Part shown: positions 48,568 to 59,700 of the stretch, piece by piece
How the letters are laid out: every line of letters starts with the position of its first letter
Position numbering within the stretch: position 1 is the first letter of the stretch
Origin: Candidatus Saccharimonadota bacterium
Lineage (GTDB): Bacteria > Patescibacteriota > Saccharimonadia > CAILAD01 > BJGX01
Direction of reading: 5' to 3'
Assembly: GCA_016191105.1 (NCBI GenBank)
Contig: JACPPH010000006.1
Location: forward strand, 32,670 to 96,669
Length of the DNA stretch: 64,000 nt
The notes under the pieces: generated by a model
Database searches by the model: none
Told to the model about the DNA's origin: nothing
The model's input: only the letters and a program-made list of their open reading frames with translations
Program-made: the position numbers and the translations under genes

Positions 48568-50850
48568 GTGAATACATTTCGAAAATTAGTAACCGGCGTT
48601 AGTTCGGGTACTACCCCCGTTAGCAGACTGAAGTTTTATGGCAGCCGCCTAGCCCAAGAGGCGGCAACTCGAAAGATTGCAACAGTCTTAATGATTGGCT
48701 TGCTTATATTTCAGGTGGCGGTTTTTCTTTTCCCGCCAACCTCGGCCAGGGCTAACCAGTGCTCAGAAAATAATATCATTCGACCCTGTGGCATAACAGA
48801 CACTAGTAATCAGGGAGTGCTAAATGCTCTTAAGGGACCCGACAATGCAATTCAGCTTATGAATCAGCTAGGGGTGACAGACAGCGATGTTTTAAATGGC
48901 ACCCCTAATCAAACCGTTTGTAAAGGTCAAAATCCGCTTTCTATGGGTCGGGAGGCCGGTAGCGGTGGTTCCTGGTTATTCCCGGGGCATACAGACATTT
49001 ATGTAGGGCCTGCCAGCAGCAGATGGCAGCAAGAATGTTTCTCGGCAGAATTACTCGGCAACAAGGTGCGAGGCAGCGATATTGGTACTGGCGATCCCAA
49101 CCAGTGGTACCAGGTCGGCATTCTATATGCTTGTGGCAACTTGGTGTTTATACCAACCAGCCCGCCTTCAAAATCAATAGCTTGTACCTCCCTAGAAGCG
49201 GCACCATTGGCAGTCGACGTAAACCAGCCTATAAAACTAACTGGCCGGGCAAGTGGCCAAAATATTCCCAACGGCGAACTGGTCGATATGTCGTACCTTG
49301 TATACAGAGGCACCAATCCATCTGTAAATACAACGCCACTAGTTACAAAACTTGAGTCCAAAGGAATACCGTGGAACGGCACAGAGTTTATCGATGACAA
49401 TCCGCCTAAGCAGTTCCAGACAGATCAGCCTGATACCTATACTATTTTATTGGCCGTTGGCTATAACAATAATGGAGCACCTGCGCTAGCTCCAGGCTCA
49501 GGTGTAAATGAATGCCAAAAAGTTGTTACCGTAAAGCAACCGGCACAGCCCACAATTGTTTGCCAGAACCTGAGCATTGCCCCTACTACGCTTGCAGGTG
49601 GACAGCCGCTGTCCAATCTAACCGGTACAGCACAGCTAAAAAATTCCAACGACCCTAATGAGCTAGCTGACATGTCGTTTATATTCCGTGAAAAACAAGC
49701 CGATGGCAGCTTTACTGAGGTGCCTGATGCTAAAGGTAAGAGTAGGCTTGAGGCAGCTGGATTACAGCCTAGCGGCACCGGTATTTACACCGCTGTCAAG
49801 CCAAGTTCAGGCGATTCAAATGATACATTCTTTATGCCCACGAGCACACAGCAAAAAACGTACCAGGTATTCTTAAGAATATACTGGCGTGGCCATCAGA
49901 CTGTTTCCGATGCCTTTAGTGTGCCAGCCTGCCAAAAAGAAATTACAGTGCCACCAGTACAGAACTTTGCTTGCTCTAGCCTAAAGGCGAATCCAACCAG
50001 TGGTAGTGCTCCGCTCGACGTTAACTTCGATGCTGCAGGCATAGCTACCAACACCACTGTTTCAGCTTTTAAGTTCGATTACGGTGATGGCCAAAATCAA
50101 ACCGTAAATACCAACCAGCCAACCGCCAGGGCAGTTCACAAATATACCAAAGGAGGAAGATACACGGCCTCAGTAATTATGCAAACTGCTGCGGGGACGA
50201 CGTCTGTAGTTCCGGTCTGCCAGGCGGTCGTAACAGTTAACGAAAGTGATTTTGCCAAGATTGCTGCCAATATAACCCTGCTTACGTCTGACAGGCAGCC
50301 GACCGATGCCAATGGTGCTGTAGCAAGGGCAGGCGACCAATTGCGCTACACGATCGGTGTTCAAAACAAGGGCGGCGATGTTATAAGGGGCTTTGTGTTT
50401 GATGATGATATAACCGACATATTGGTCTACGCGGATGTAGTTGATCCAGGTGGTGCCCAGGCAGTTAAGCAAGGCGCAACCACTAAATTGGTTTGGGCTC
50501 CGATTGACATACCGGTGGGCACGAGTAGTAGCCCAGGAACAGTCACCAAGCAGTTTACAGTTAAACTTAAAGACCCTATCCCGTTTGTTGCCCAGAAGAC
50601 TACCGATCTACCGGGTACAAACGACTGCCAATTAACCAATACATTTCGTAGCAAAGTGGTTGTAACTCCGCTAGGCGTTGATATCAACAAGCAAATTGAG
50701 TGCGTAACCAAGCAGCTTCCGCAAACTGGTGCGGGCTGGAGTATAGTAATTATGGCTATGCTAGCGGCTGCTTCATTCTTCTTGTTATTGCGCAACCGAT
50801 TGCTCAAGCGTGAGCTACAATTAGTTGAAACACTAACGGAGGGAGCATAA
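48568..50850 (+). CDS. LPXTG-anchored surface protein with a PKD-like domain
   Basis: Signal/transmembrane N-terminus. LPQTG followed by a hydrophobic stretch and RNRLLKR. FDYGDGQ…YTKGGRYTASV is a PKD motif. Confidence 0.7.
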   Translation: MNTFRKLVTGVSSGTTPVSRLKFYGSRLAQEAATRKIATVLMIGLLIFQVAVFLFPPTSARANQCSENNIIRPCGITDTSNQGVLNALKGPDNAIQLMNQLGVTDSDVLNGTPNQTVCKGQNPLSMGREAGSGGSWLFPGHTDIYVGPASSRWQQECFSAELLGNKVRGSDIGTGDPNQWYQVGILYACGNLVFIPTSPPSKSIACTSLEAAPLAVDVNQPIKLTGRASGQNIPNGELVDMSYLVYRGTNPSVNTTPLVTKLESKGIPWNGTEFIDDNPPKQFQTDQPDTYTILLAVGYNNNGAPALAPGSGVNECQKVVTVKQPAQPTIVCQNLSIAPTTLAGGQPLSNLTGTAQLKNSNDPNELADMSFIFREKQADGSFTEVPDAKGKSRLEAAGLQPSGTGIYTAVKPSSGDSNDTFFMPTSTQQKTYQVFLRIYWRGHQTVSDAFSVPACQKEITVPPVQNFACSSLKANPTSGSAPLDVNFDAAGIATNTTVSAFKFDYGDGQNQTVNTNQPTARAVHKYTKGGRYTASVIMQTAAGTTSVVPVCQAVVTVNESDFAKIAANITLLTSDRQPTDANGAVARAGDQLRYTIGVQNKGGDVIRGFVFDDDITDILVYADVVDPGGAQAVKQGATTKLVWAPIDIPVGTSSSPGTVTKQFTVKLKDPIPFVAQKTTDLPGTNDCQLTNTFRSKVVVTPLGVDINKQIECVTKQLPQTGAGWSIVIMAMLAAASFFLLLRNRLLKRELQLVETLTEGA

Positions 50851-50851
50851 G

Positions 50852-51469
50852 ATGGCTGAAAAAGGTGGCGAAGAACTCCAGGGAGTAGGTAGCGAGCAGC
50901 AGGGCGAGAAGCTTCAGGCCGAATTAAGTGCCGAAAGGAAAAGTGCCAAGGCCACAGAGCGCGAGATTAAATCTTCTAAAGCAGAGCTTGAAAAAAGCGG
51001 TGAAAAAGCCGAGAAAAAATTAGCTCGTGAGGCCGAGAAAGAAGCCACCGAAGCTAATTTAGCCAAAAAATCTGAAGCTTCTGAAGCCAAAAAGGCTAAG
51101 CAGGCCGAAAAATCAGAAAAAAAAGAACCAATAGTAGCCGCCACACCCAAAGAGCGTAATCGAGCCTACAAAAAAGAAATGCGCAAGGTTCAGGCGCAAC
51201 TCTCACCAGGCTCTAGAATGTTTTCTAAGGTTGTACATAACCGAGCCGTAGAGGTCACCAGCAATGTGGCCGAAAAAACAGTTGTTCGTTCGTCGGTGTT
51301 GATTGGTGGTACGGTTGTGGGCATTATACTTGGCGGCCTAGTGTACTTTTCTGCTAATCGGTATGGTTACGGATTGCCCAATTGGTCGTTGGTATTCTTT
51401 TTAATAATGGGTGGTGTATTGGGTGTAGTAATTGAATTTTTACTCAAAGCCACACGCTCTACTAAGTAA
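50852..51469 (+). CDS. Lys/Glu/Ala-rich protein with C-terminal transmembrane helices
   Basis: A long charged, helical, low-complexity segment, then two hydrophobic helices at the C-terminus. Confidence 0.45.
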   Translation: MAEKGGEELQGVGSEQQGEKLQAELSAERKSAKATEREIKSSKAELEKSGEKAEKKLAREAEKEATEANLAKKSEASEAKKAKQAEKSEKKEPIVAATPKERNRAYKKEMRKVQAQLSPGSRMFSKVVHNRAVEVTSNVAEKTVVRSSVLIGGTVVGIILGGLVYFSANRYGYGLPNWSLVFFLIMGGVLGVVIEFLLKATRSTK

Positions 51470-51565
51470 TATATTACATCTAGCAACATAGTGGTTTGAC
51501 CTGGCCTGCTGGTGCTTATAATGGTAATATTGTAAGCATAAGAATATTCAATTATAGGTTGGGCT

Positions 51566-52405
51566 TTGAATCTTAGTGTTTTCAAGAGTGGCTTGAGGTT
51601 TTTGGGGTGCTTTTTTGGCACTGTTTTAGTTTTAATACTTGTGGCTCAAGCCTCTACTGCCGCAACGGTCTCTCAGGGCTATCAAAGCAACGACATATTG
51701 GTTACTGGCAACATTGTGAGCACAAATAGCAATGCCAACAATTACCAGGTTCAGCTTGCTACTACTGATAATTTTAACAATCTTTTGGGTATAGTGGTGA
51801 CGCCGAATTCTACTCTGCTCAGCATAGACAATACCTCGAGCTCAGCTCAGGTGGCAAGCAGCGGTGTTGCAAATGGCTTTGTCAGCGACATTAATGGCAA
51901 TATCAGCAAAGGTGACGCAGTTGCCATTTCTCCTATAGCAGGTGTAGGGATGAAGGCTACGCAACCAACGCGAATAGTTGGTGTTGCTCAAGCCGATTTT
52001 AAGTCGGCTACAAATGTACAGTCAAAAAATCTAGTAGATAAGCAGGGTCAATCTAAGCAAGTCCGAGTTGGGTTAATCCCGGTCTTGGTGAACGTTGGCG
52101 ATTATCAGCCCAGCAATTATTCTGGCAATTCTGCGGTTGTACGCGGCGTACAGTCGGCCGTTTCTAATCTCGCTGGCCGGTCAGTATCGGCAACCAGAGC
52201 TATGGCGGCTTTTGGGGTCATAACGCTCGCTATTATATTGGCCATTATTGTTTTGTATGCCTCGGTGACCGGGAGTATACGTTCAATTGGCCGAAATCCA
52301 TTGGCCAAGAAATCAGTTTTGCGAAGTTTGGCCCAGGTAATAGTGGCAGTAGGATTAATAATAGTCGCGGCAATCGCAGCCGTATATGTAATAGTAATCG
52401 CTTAA
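51566..52405 (+). CDS. Secreted Asn/Ser/Thr-rich protein with a C-terminal helix-loop-helix membrane hairpin
   Basis: Signal peptide. C-terminal …AIILAIIVLYASVTGSIRSIGRNPLAKKSVLRSLAQVIVAVGLIIVAAIAAVYVIVIA. Confidence 0.4.
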   Translation: MNLSVFKSGLRFLGCFFGTVLVLILVAQASTAATVSQGYQSNDILVTGNIVSTNSNANNYQVQLATTDNFNNLLGIVVTPNSTLLSIDNTSSSAQVASSGVANGFVSDINGNISKGDAVAISPIAGVGMKATQPTRIVGVAQADFKSATNVQSKNLVDKQGQSKQVRVGLIPVLVNVGDYQPSNYSGNSAVVRGVQSAVSNLAGRSVSATRAMAAFGVITLAIILAIIVLYASVTGSIRSIGRNPLAKKSVLRSLAQVIVAVGLIIVAAIAAVYVIVIA

Positions 52406-52411
52406 AACATT

Positions 52412-53812
52412 ATGACAACCACTACAAAAACCCAGTCTGTTTCAAAAGTGCTTTCACGCCAAGGCTTTGTGGTAGAAGCGAACCCGATTGAGGGGATTCA
52501 CTTGCGAGCAACTGTAGAATTCGAGGATGGCACAATCGGCCTGGTTTGGGCTATAGAAGACACCATGAGGGTGTTGCTGCTAAATGATAGCGAAAAGGCC
52601 ACTGTTGGCTCCAAGCTCAAGCCACTACACCGGCAGGTTGCAATCGATTGTGGCGAGCACCTTTTGGGTCAAACAGTCGATTCTTTGGCCAGGCCGCTCG
52701 ATGCTAAAACCAAAGCGACTGCAGGCCAAGCTTTGCCAGTTTTTAATCTGGCGCCAAGCTTTTATGAGCGAGCCGTTGTGGACGCACAACTTGAAACCAG
52801 CGTAAGCTTGGTGGATACGCTCTTCCCCATAGTCAAAGGCCAACGCATAGCGGTCTTGGGCGATGCCAAGTCGGGTAAAACAACTTTTTTAAGCCAAGCT
52901 GCTATTCACCAGGCCCAGAACGATTGCATAATAATCTACGTTGTGATAGCCAAGGCCAAGCACAGTGTCGAAAAACTTAAATATAGACTATATCAGTCGG
53001 GGGCACTTAAGAACACAGTGATTGTGGTGGCCGACAGCTTCGATGCTTTGCCGCTATCGTTTTTGGCCCCCTACACCGGCTGTACTATTGGCGAATGGTT
53101 CTGGCACACCGGTCGCGATGTGGTAGTTATTTATGATGATTTGAGTAATCACGCCAAAATATACCGTGAACTTAGTTTGCTGCTTCGGACGAATCCGGGC
53201 AGAGAGGGTTATCCGGGCAATATGTTCTATACCCACTCCTCGTTATTAGAGCGAGCCGGTAAATTTAAAAAAAGCGGTTTTAGCCAGACAGTTTTAGCCG
53301 CTGGTACAACACCCAACGGCGATATAACTGGTTATTTTCCAACCAATCTAATATCTATGACCGACGGTCAGATCGTATTCGACCTCGAGACTATGCGCAA
53401 GGGAATTAAGCCGGCGGTTAATATTGGCTTGTCGGTTAGTCGTGTAGGTGGTCGCAGCCAAGAGCCCGAAATTCAAGAGCTTTCGGCTCGTGTTATGGAG
53501 GTTTTGGCAGGTTATCGACAGGCTAGCAGTTTTGCAAGGTTTGGTTCACAGCTTTCGGAGGTAGCCGCCAAGCAGCTTAAGCTTGGAGCCAAACTTTATG
53601 AACTGTTTGCTCAAGCGCCAGACCAAGCTTTTAGCCTAGCTGAGCAACGAGTAATGTTAGAAACGATATTTTTAACCAATGACATCGATTCTTTAAATGT
53701 TGGCTGGCTTAAGAGTGTGATCCACGACGTTGTTAAGTATGACCTCAAAACTACCAGTGATTATAAAGCCTTGGCCAAAGAGCTGATTAAAAGTAACCCG
53801 GTGGTTAAATAA
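52412..53812 (+). CDS. F1-ATPase alpha-subunit homologue (divergent, 466 aa)
   Basis: GDAKSGKT P-loop where GDRQTGKT is usual. Colinear similarity to AtpA (…LAPYTGCTIGEWF…IYDDLSNHAKIYRELSLLLRTNPGREGYPG…). Confidence 0.8.
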   Translation: MTTTTKTQSVSKVLSRQGFVVEANPIEGIHLRATVEFEDGTIGLVWAIEDTMRVLLLNDSEKATVGSKLKPLHRQVAIDCGEHLLGQTVDSLARPLDAKTKATAGQALPVFNLAPSFYERAVVDAQLETSVSLVDTLFPIVKGQRIAVLGDAKSGKTTFLSQAAIHQAQNDCIIIYVVIAKAKHSVEKLKYRLYQSGALKNTVIVVADSFDALPLSFLAPYTGCTIGEWFWHTGRDVVVIYDDLSNHAKIYRELSLLLRTNPGREGYPGNMFYTHSSLLERAGKFKKSGFSQTVLAAGTTPNGDITGYFPTNLISMTDGQIVFDLETMRKGIKPAVNIGLSVSRVGGRSQEPEIQELSARVMEVLAGYRQASSFARFGSQLSEVAAKQLKLGAKLYELFAQAPDQAFSLAEQRVMLETIFLTNDIDSLNVGWLKSVIHDVVKYDLKTTSDYKALAKELIKSNPVVK

Positions 53813-54654
53813 TGGCTAAACCAACAGAAATTTTACGTGCTTACCAAGACACTATCGTGGTTGAAGAGGTCGCCCAGGTGTTTGAAAATGTTGCTTCTGT
53901 CCAGATTAGACGAATTAAAAGCAGGGTTATTGCAAGCCGGGAGTTTTTTCATGAACTGTGGGGAATGTACTCGCAGCTACGGTTAGATAGTAAGCTGAAA
54001 GATGATTTTGGGCCAGCCAAAACCAAAAACCAAGCCGTGCTATTAATCAGCTCAGACAGCGGCCTTTCGGGTTCGATCGATGAACGTCTAGTTGAGACCA
54101 TGATGCAAGAGGTCAACATTCGCTTAGTAGATGTGGTGGTTATCGGTCGGCGTGCGGAACAATTATTGACCCAAAAGCACATGAAAGCCGTTAGCGTTTT
54201 CCCGTTGCCCGACATTACCAAATCAATTCGGATATTGCCGCTGGTGAACTATCTGGCGCCATATAAAAAAGTAACTATATTTTATGAACGATTCGTGTCT
54301 TTGTCGCACCAAGAGATAGTTGCCTTTGAGCTTCAGGAGAGCGTAAAGCGCTTAAGCGAAGCCGAGTCGATTCGCGTAGACACAAACTTAATGTATGCCA
54401 GTGATTATATTTTCGAGCCTAGCCTGGCTGAGGTAGTTCTTTATCTGGAATCCATGATGCAGGCCACTGCCCTTACCGAGATGATTCTGGAGTCAAGATT
54501 GGCTCAGCTAGCCAGTCGCTATACAGCCATGAGCTCGGCTCACGACAATGCCGAGCAGAGAAAAAACCAGCTCAAGCGAGCCTACTCAATTGCTCAACGC
54601 CGAGGCAAAGACCAATTTAACCAAATATTTATTAGTCGGGAGCAGGCTAAATGA
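53812..54654 (+). CDS. F1-ATPase gamma-subunit-like protein
   Basis: Its position between the alpha and beta genes, 280 aa, and an N-terminal helix (…VQIRRIKSRV…) all fit a gamma subunit. Confidence 0.5.
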   Translation: MAKPTEILRAYQDTIVVEEVAQVFENVASVQIRRIKSRVIASREFFHELWGMYSQLRLDSKLKDDFGPAKTKNQAVLLISSDSGLSGSIDERLVETMMQEVNIRLVDVVVIGRRAEQLLTQKHMKAVSVFPLPDITKSIRILPLVNYLAPYKKVTIFYERFVSLSHQEIVAFELQESVKRLSEAESIRVDTNLMYASDYIFEPSLAEVVLYLESMMQATALTEMILESRLAQLASRYTAMSSAHDNAEQRKNQLKRAYSIAQRRGKDQFNQIFISREQAK

Positions 54655-55958
54655 AAACCTTTGTTGGCAAAGTGGTAAAAATGCGGTGGCTGCTAGTTAC
54701 AGTAGAGTACACAGGCGATAAGCCTCAGATATTTGAGTTGTTAAGCACCGGCAGTAAAAGTTTGCTGCTGGTTTACTGCATAGAGTCAGAGACTAGGCTT
54801 TTGGCTCTTAGTTTAGACCCCAATCTTACCGTAGCCTTGGGCGAAAAAATATCCAGCTTGAATAAGCACATTACACTACCGGTTGGTAGCGACGCTCTAG
54901 GCAGGGTTTTTAATGCCACTGGCACAGCTGTAGATGGCCTGCCGACGCCTAAGTCAACTACTACCATTGAGCTTAAGCCTTACCACGGCAGCGGCAAAAG
55001 TGGCTATGGTACATCTACAGATCTAATAGAAACAGGCATAAAAGTAATTGATTTCTTTGCCCCGTTTGTGCGAGGCCGCAAGATCGGCATAGTTGGTGGC
55101 GCAGGAGTGGGCAAGACTGTGCTTACAACCGAGCTAATGCACAACGTAGCCAGCGCCGATCGGGGCTTATCGTTTTTTGTTGGGATTGGTGAGCGCATAC
55201 GTGAAGCCCATGAGCTGTATAATAATCTGCGCGACAGCGGCCTACTAAAAAACACTGTTATGTATCTTGGCCAAATGAATGAAACGGCGGCTATGCGATC
55301 ATTGGTGGGTTTGAGTGCAGCCGCCAGTGCTCGTTACTTTCGCGACCAAGCCAAACGCGATGTGATATTTTTTGTAGACAATATTTACCGTTACCTGCAA
55401 GCTGGCAATGAGCTTGCTACCACCCTGGGTGAGTTGCCAAGCGAAGGGGGTTACCAGCCGACTCTGTTTTCTGATTTGCTTCAGTTTGAAGAGGGTCTAG
55501 ATACCAATGAATTTGGAGCCATAACTTCGGTCCAGTCGATCTTCATTCCGGCCGACGATCTTTCTGACCCAGCAGTTGTTGAGGTTTATCAGCAGCTCGA
55601 TAGTGTAATTGTACTGAGCCGCGAGGTTATGGAGTCTGGCATATTGCCAGCTGTAGATTTGGTCAACACCAGCTCGTCGTTGCTCTCGCCCGAAATTGTT
55701 GGTGAACGCCACTACTTTTTGGCTTCGCAAGTGGCCCAAATAATGCAAAAATACCAAGCCTTACAAGGAATTATTACGATTATTGGTGAGAGCGAACTAT
55801 CTATAACCGACCGCGTTGACTATAACAAGGCCAAAAGATTAATCGACTACTTTTCACAGTCCCTGTTTGTGACCGAACAGCTAACCGGCAAGAAGGGCCA
55901 GTATGTTGACCGCGAGGCCATGTTGTCGGGAGTTGAGGAGATATTAACCTCGGGATAG
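54651..55958 (+). CDS. F1-ATPase beta-subunit homologue
   Basis: GGAGVGKTV P-loop, …FVDNIYRY…, and a DELSD-like SELSITD. Confidence 0.85.
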   Translation: MKTFVGKVVKMRWLLVTVEYTGDKPQIFELLSTGSKSLLLVYCIESETRLLALSLDPNLTVALGEKISSLNKHITLPVGSDALGRVFNATGTAVDGLPTPKSTTTIELKPYHGSGKSGYGTSTDLIETGIKVIDFFAPFVRGRKIGIVGGAGVGKTVLTTELMHNVASADRGLSFFVGIGERIREAHELYNNLRDSGLLKNTVMYLGQMNETAAMRSLVGLSAAASARYFRDQAKRDVIFFVDNIYRYLQAGNELATTLGELPSEGGYQPTLFSDLLQFEEGLDTNEFGAITSVQSIFIPADDLSDPAVVEVYQQLDSVIVLSREVMESGILPAVDLVNTSSSLLSPEIVGERHYFLASQVAQIMQKYQALQGIITIIGESELSITDRVDYNKAKRLIDYFSQSLFVTEQLTGKKGQYVDREAMLSGVEEILTSG

Positions 55959-55960
55959 TT

Positions 55961-56209
55961 ATGCGGCCAACCTTTGAAGTCAAGATATTCTCACCATTTG
56001 AGACATACTATCAAGGCCAAGCTTACAGCTTATCGGCCAATAATGCCAGCGGACCATTTGATGTGCTGGCCGGCCACGCTAACTTTATCTGCCTGCTTTT
56101 ACCAGGCCCAGTGCGCATTGATACGCCCTATGGCCAGCGTGAGTACAATCTGACGCGTGGAATTGTTAGGGTTAATCAGAGTAAAGTTACACTGTTCGCC
56201 AATGTTTAA
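55961..56209 (+). CDS. F1-ATPase epsilon-subunit-like protein (N-terminal beta-sandwich only, 82 aa)
   Basis: Its position after the beta gene. …FDVLAGHANFI…G.VRV… resembles the AtpC N-domain. Confidence 0.5.
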   Translation: MRPTFEVKIFSPFETYYQGQAYSLSANNASGPFDVLAGHANFICLLLPGPVRIDTPYGQREYNLTRGIVRVNQSKVTLFANV

Positions 56210-56687
56210 AGCCATGAAGTGGAAGAAGCCACCTTTAAACAAAGTCTACGAGGCATTGGCTGTAATTGCTGATGGCAGAATTAAAATAACTGGCAATACA
56301 GCTCAAATCGTCTCAAGCAGCGGTAATAAAACCTATCAAGTAATTTATAGCCCCAAAAAAAATGCAATCACCGCCAACGACAACGGTAGCTTTTGGCAGG
56401 GCTACTTGGGCTATACCTGCATAGCCTTTTTACTCAAGAAGGGATTGGTTGAATTTGATCATGGCCTAGCTAAATATTTAAAGGGATTTATGTGGAAAGA
56501 CATGGCTGGTCGTTTTAAGCACGATTATAATCAGATAGATGCCTTTGTTGAGCAAGAAATAGCCAAAAAGCACCCAAACTTTAACTTGGCCGAGTTTCAT
56601 AAGCAACTAGAGAAAATATTGGCCGATGCTATGAAGCTAGACCTAAATAGGCTCCGATCGCCCAAAAAACCACCAGCCGGCTATTAA
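56202..56687 (+). CDS. Hypothetical protein (161 aa)
   Basis: ORF that overlaps the stop of the epsilon-like gene. Confidence 0.35.
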   Translation: MFKAMKWKKPPLNKVYEALAVIADGRIKITGNTAQIVSSSGNKTYQVIYSPKKNAITANDNGSFWQGYLGYTCIAFLLKKGLVEFDHGLAKYLKGFMWKDMAGRFKHDYNQIDAFVEQEIAKKHPNFNLAEFHKQLEKILADAMKLDLNRLRSPKKPPAGY

Positions 56688-56774
56688 AATTGAGCTATTT
56701 TTATCTGGAAATCAGCTTGCTAAAGCTAACCATAAGCGATACAATTGTTGTAGCCTTAACTACATGGAGTCAAG

Positions 56775-59700
56775 GTGGAGCCGACAGCACAAACAAATAA
56801 TCAAACACTCGATTCAACATTTTCATCTCAAGTGAATCCCGAAGGTTTGCTGCCTTCGGATGTTGCTAGTGCCAACAATCAAGTTCAGGCATTACATCAG
56901 CGCAATCGCTACTTTCAGCTATTGTGGGCGGTTTTAATTGCCATTGCTCTACTTTTAGTTGGTTTGGCGGTTTGGCTTTTTTTGCGCAATAATACCAAGG
57001 TAATTAGTACTACCGGTGTTGCCGAACAGTACAGCCCGACCAGAGTTAATTTGACTAATACCGGCAATCCGACCGCGGTTAATTTGGGGCAGGTAAACAT
57101 TAATGGTGACCTCCAGGTTTTAGGTGATATTGCAGTCGGTGGCAGTATAAACGGCAACGGCAGCGGCATTACCAACATAAACCCAAACAATATTTCTGGA
57201 GTTATACCCGTTGGTCAGCTCGACCCAAATGTGGCGCTTCTCAACCGGAACTTTCAAACCTTTGTGGGCACCAATCAATTCTTTCGTAATAGTAGTAACT
57301 CAGTAGCGGCTTTTGAGATTCAAAATGCCTCCTCAGCACCGATTTTTAGCGTTGACACTAGCCAGGGTGCAGTGGCGATTAATTCGACGGTAACCTCACA
57401 GAATGGACTACAATTTGAAACTAACGGCAATGGCCGCTTTGCGGGCACACTCCAGGTGGGCGCCCAGTCAAATCCCAGTGTTTCGATTTTGAATACCGGC
57501 ACCCTGTTTAGCAACGACATTCAGCGCGTATTGACGGTCCAAGACATTACTCAGCCAAGCACAAATGTGCCTGGCCGAATTTACGTTGGAACCAGTGCCG
57601 AGCTATTGGCCGATCCACAAATTGATCCGGTTGCTATCACCTACTATCCGCTTCCTCCTGGTTTTCCGACCAACGTCCCGCTAACTGTTTCTGGTAATAA
57701 AAATATCTTTGCTGGCGGCTATTCGGCCGTACAAACAGCCAGCACTAACAGTAAGGACTATTTTATTGTTGGTGGCAACCTTAGTGGTGCCACACATGCT
57801 GGGTCGGGCAACGTTTTGGTAGATATTGGTCAGTTTAGTACGGTGAGTAATGTAGGTGCTGGATCAATTACGGCGGCGCTGGCAAATGTGGTGGCGCCAA
57901 CTATGACCCAGGGCGGCATTACCAACTACACCGGCTATACCGCACTTGACCCCCAGAGTTCAGCCCTAACTGGCTATGGTTTGCAGCCTTTGATAACTGG
58001 CGGGAGTTTGTTTACCCAAACTGGCATAGATATACAGTGGCAACACTCGGCTACTGGCGCAATTGGTACGTTTGCCAACTTAAATCTATATTCAGAAGGC
58101 CAGTCTTCAAATAACCTTATGGAGGGCTCGCTCATAATAGGTCAGTGCAACACATATAGTGCGGTTAACCTGTATGAGCTACTTAATATTGCTAATCCTA
58201 CCAACCGAACCAATTGTTTAAGCTCTACAGCAAATCAAGTTAGGTTGACCGTTGCAGGGACTGCTAGTCAGACCAGCGACCTAAGCCGATGGACAAATAG
58301 TAGTGGCACGGTGCTGGATAGCATTAGTTCGAGCGGCAAGTTGAATGTTCAAGGTTCGGGTTCGGAATTTGCGCTCAACGTAGGCAATACTAGCCTCAAC
58401 GGTGGCTTAATGATAAAAGGCACATTTGGCTCTGGCGACACCCTAACTACTACTGGCATCGGCACTAGAGCTTTTGTGTATCCAAAAAAAGCAGCCTTTC
58501 GGGCGGGTATTATTACAGGCAGTGGTCCGTATGCTGGTGCCGAATGGAACGATGCCAATATTGGCGACCGGACGGTTGTGTTTGGCAAAGACAGCGCCGC
58601 AGTTGGCAGCGATAACTTTGTGGCTGGCAATAACCTCAACGTTACTGGTTCTGCAAATGCAGTTTTTGGTGATGCGACTGGTTTTGGTGCTTCAATTGCC
58701 GGAATTGGAAATTTTAGTGTTGGCCCAAATACGATTAGTGCTACGACCGGCGTTGGCAATGCCGTGTTTAATGTGTTTAGTGGTGTTAGCTCTGTAATAA
58801 ACACGATTGGTACCGGCGGCAATGTAGTATTTGGTAACGGCAACTCAATCAGCACCGGCAGCTCTAACAGGTTATTTGGCAATAGCATTACTGCCACGGG
58901 TAGCAATGCCTATATAATTAACCTAAGCTCTACGGCAGTAAGTTCTTCGGCAAGCAATGTATTTTCGGTAATGAATGGCAAGGTAGGCATAGGCAGCACA
59001 AACCCCACTGCTCGCCTAGATGTTAGTGGTAGCTCGGGTACTGAAATAACGGCCATCTTCGACAACGGAACTTCTACTGGCGATATTATGCGCGCAAGAG
59101 ACGGCGGCACCCAAGTGTTCGCACTGGCAAATGAAGGTGCGGCCACATTCCAAAACAAAACTAACTCTACAGCGGCATTCCAGATTCAAAATGCTGCGGG
59201 AACTTCTAACTTGCTAATTGCTGATACCACCAATACCCGAATTGGCATTGGTGCTAGTGGACCAACCAACACTCTAACTGTTACCAACACAGGCACCACT
59301 AGTGTGGCCAAGTTTAATGGCTCAAGCAGCACCCAATGCACGGTGGTTACTGGCACCGGTTGGAGCTGTAGCTCCGACGAACGGTTAAAAACCAATATAC
59401 TATCGATTGATGATGGTTTGGATAAGATTATGCAACTGCGCGGCGTAACGTTTAATTGGGTGAGCGATCCGAACGGAGAACAGCAAGATGGATTTATAGC
59501 CCAGGAGGTTCAAAAAGTTTTGCCAGAGCTGGTAAGCACTGATACAAATGGTTACCAGAGCCTTAATAAAGACGGTATTTTAGCTTATCTTGTTAAAGCC
59601 GTTCAGCAACAACAGAGTCAAATTGACCAGCTAAAAAATATTGCTTCTAGCAGCGCTACGTCGATAGACGTAATTAAGATCCTTGCCGATGCCCAGGCCG

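Noticed and set aside
50852-51469. Assignment of the Lys/Glu-rich protein as an ATP synthase b subunit
   Set aside because: Its topology is inverted, with transmembrane helices at the C-terminus rather than the N-terminus. The charged-helix composition alone is not diagnostic.
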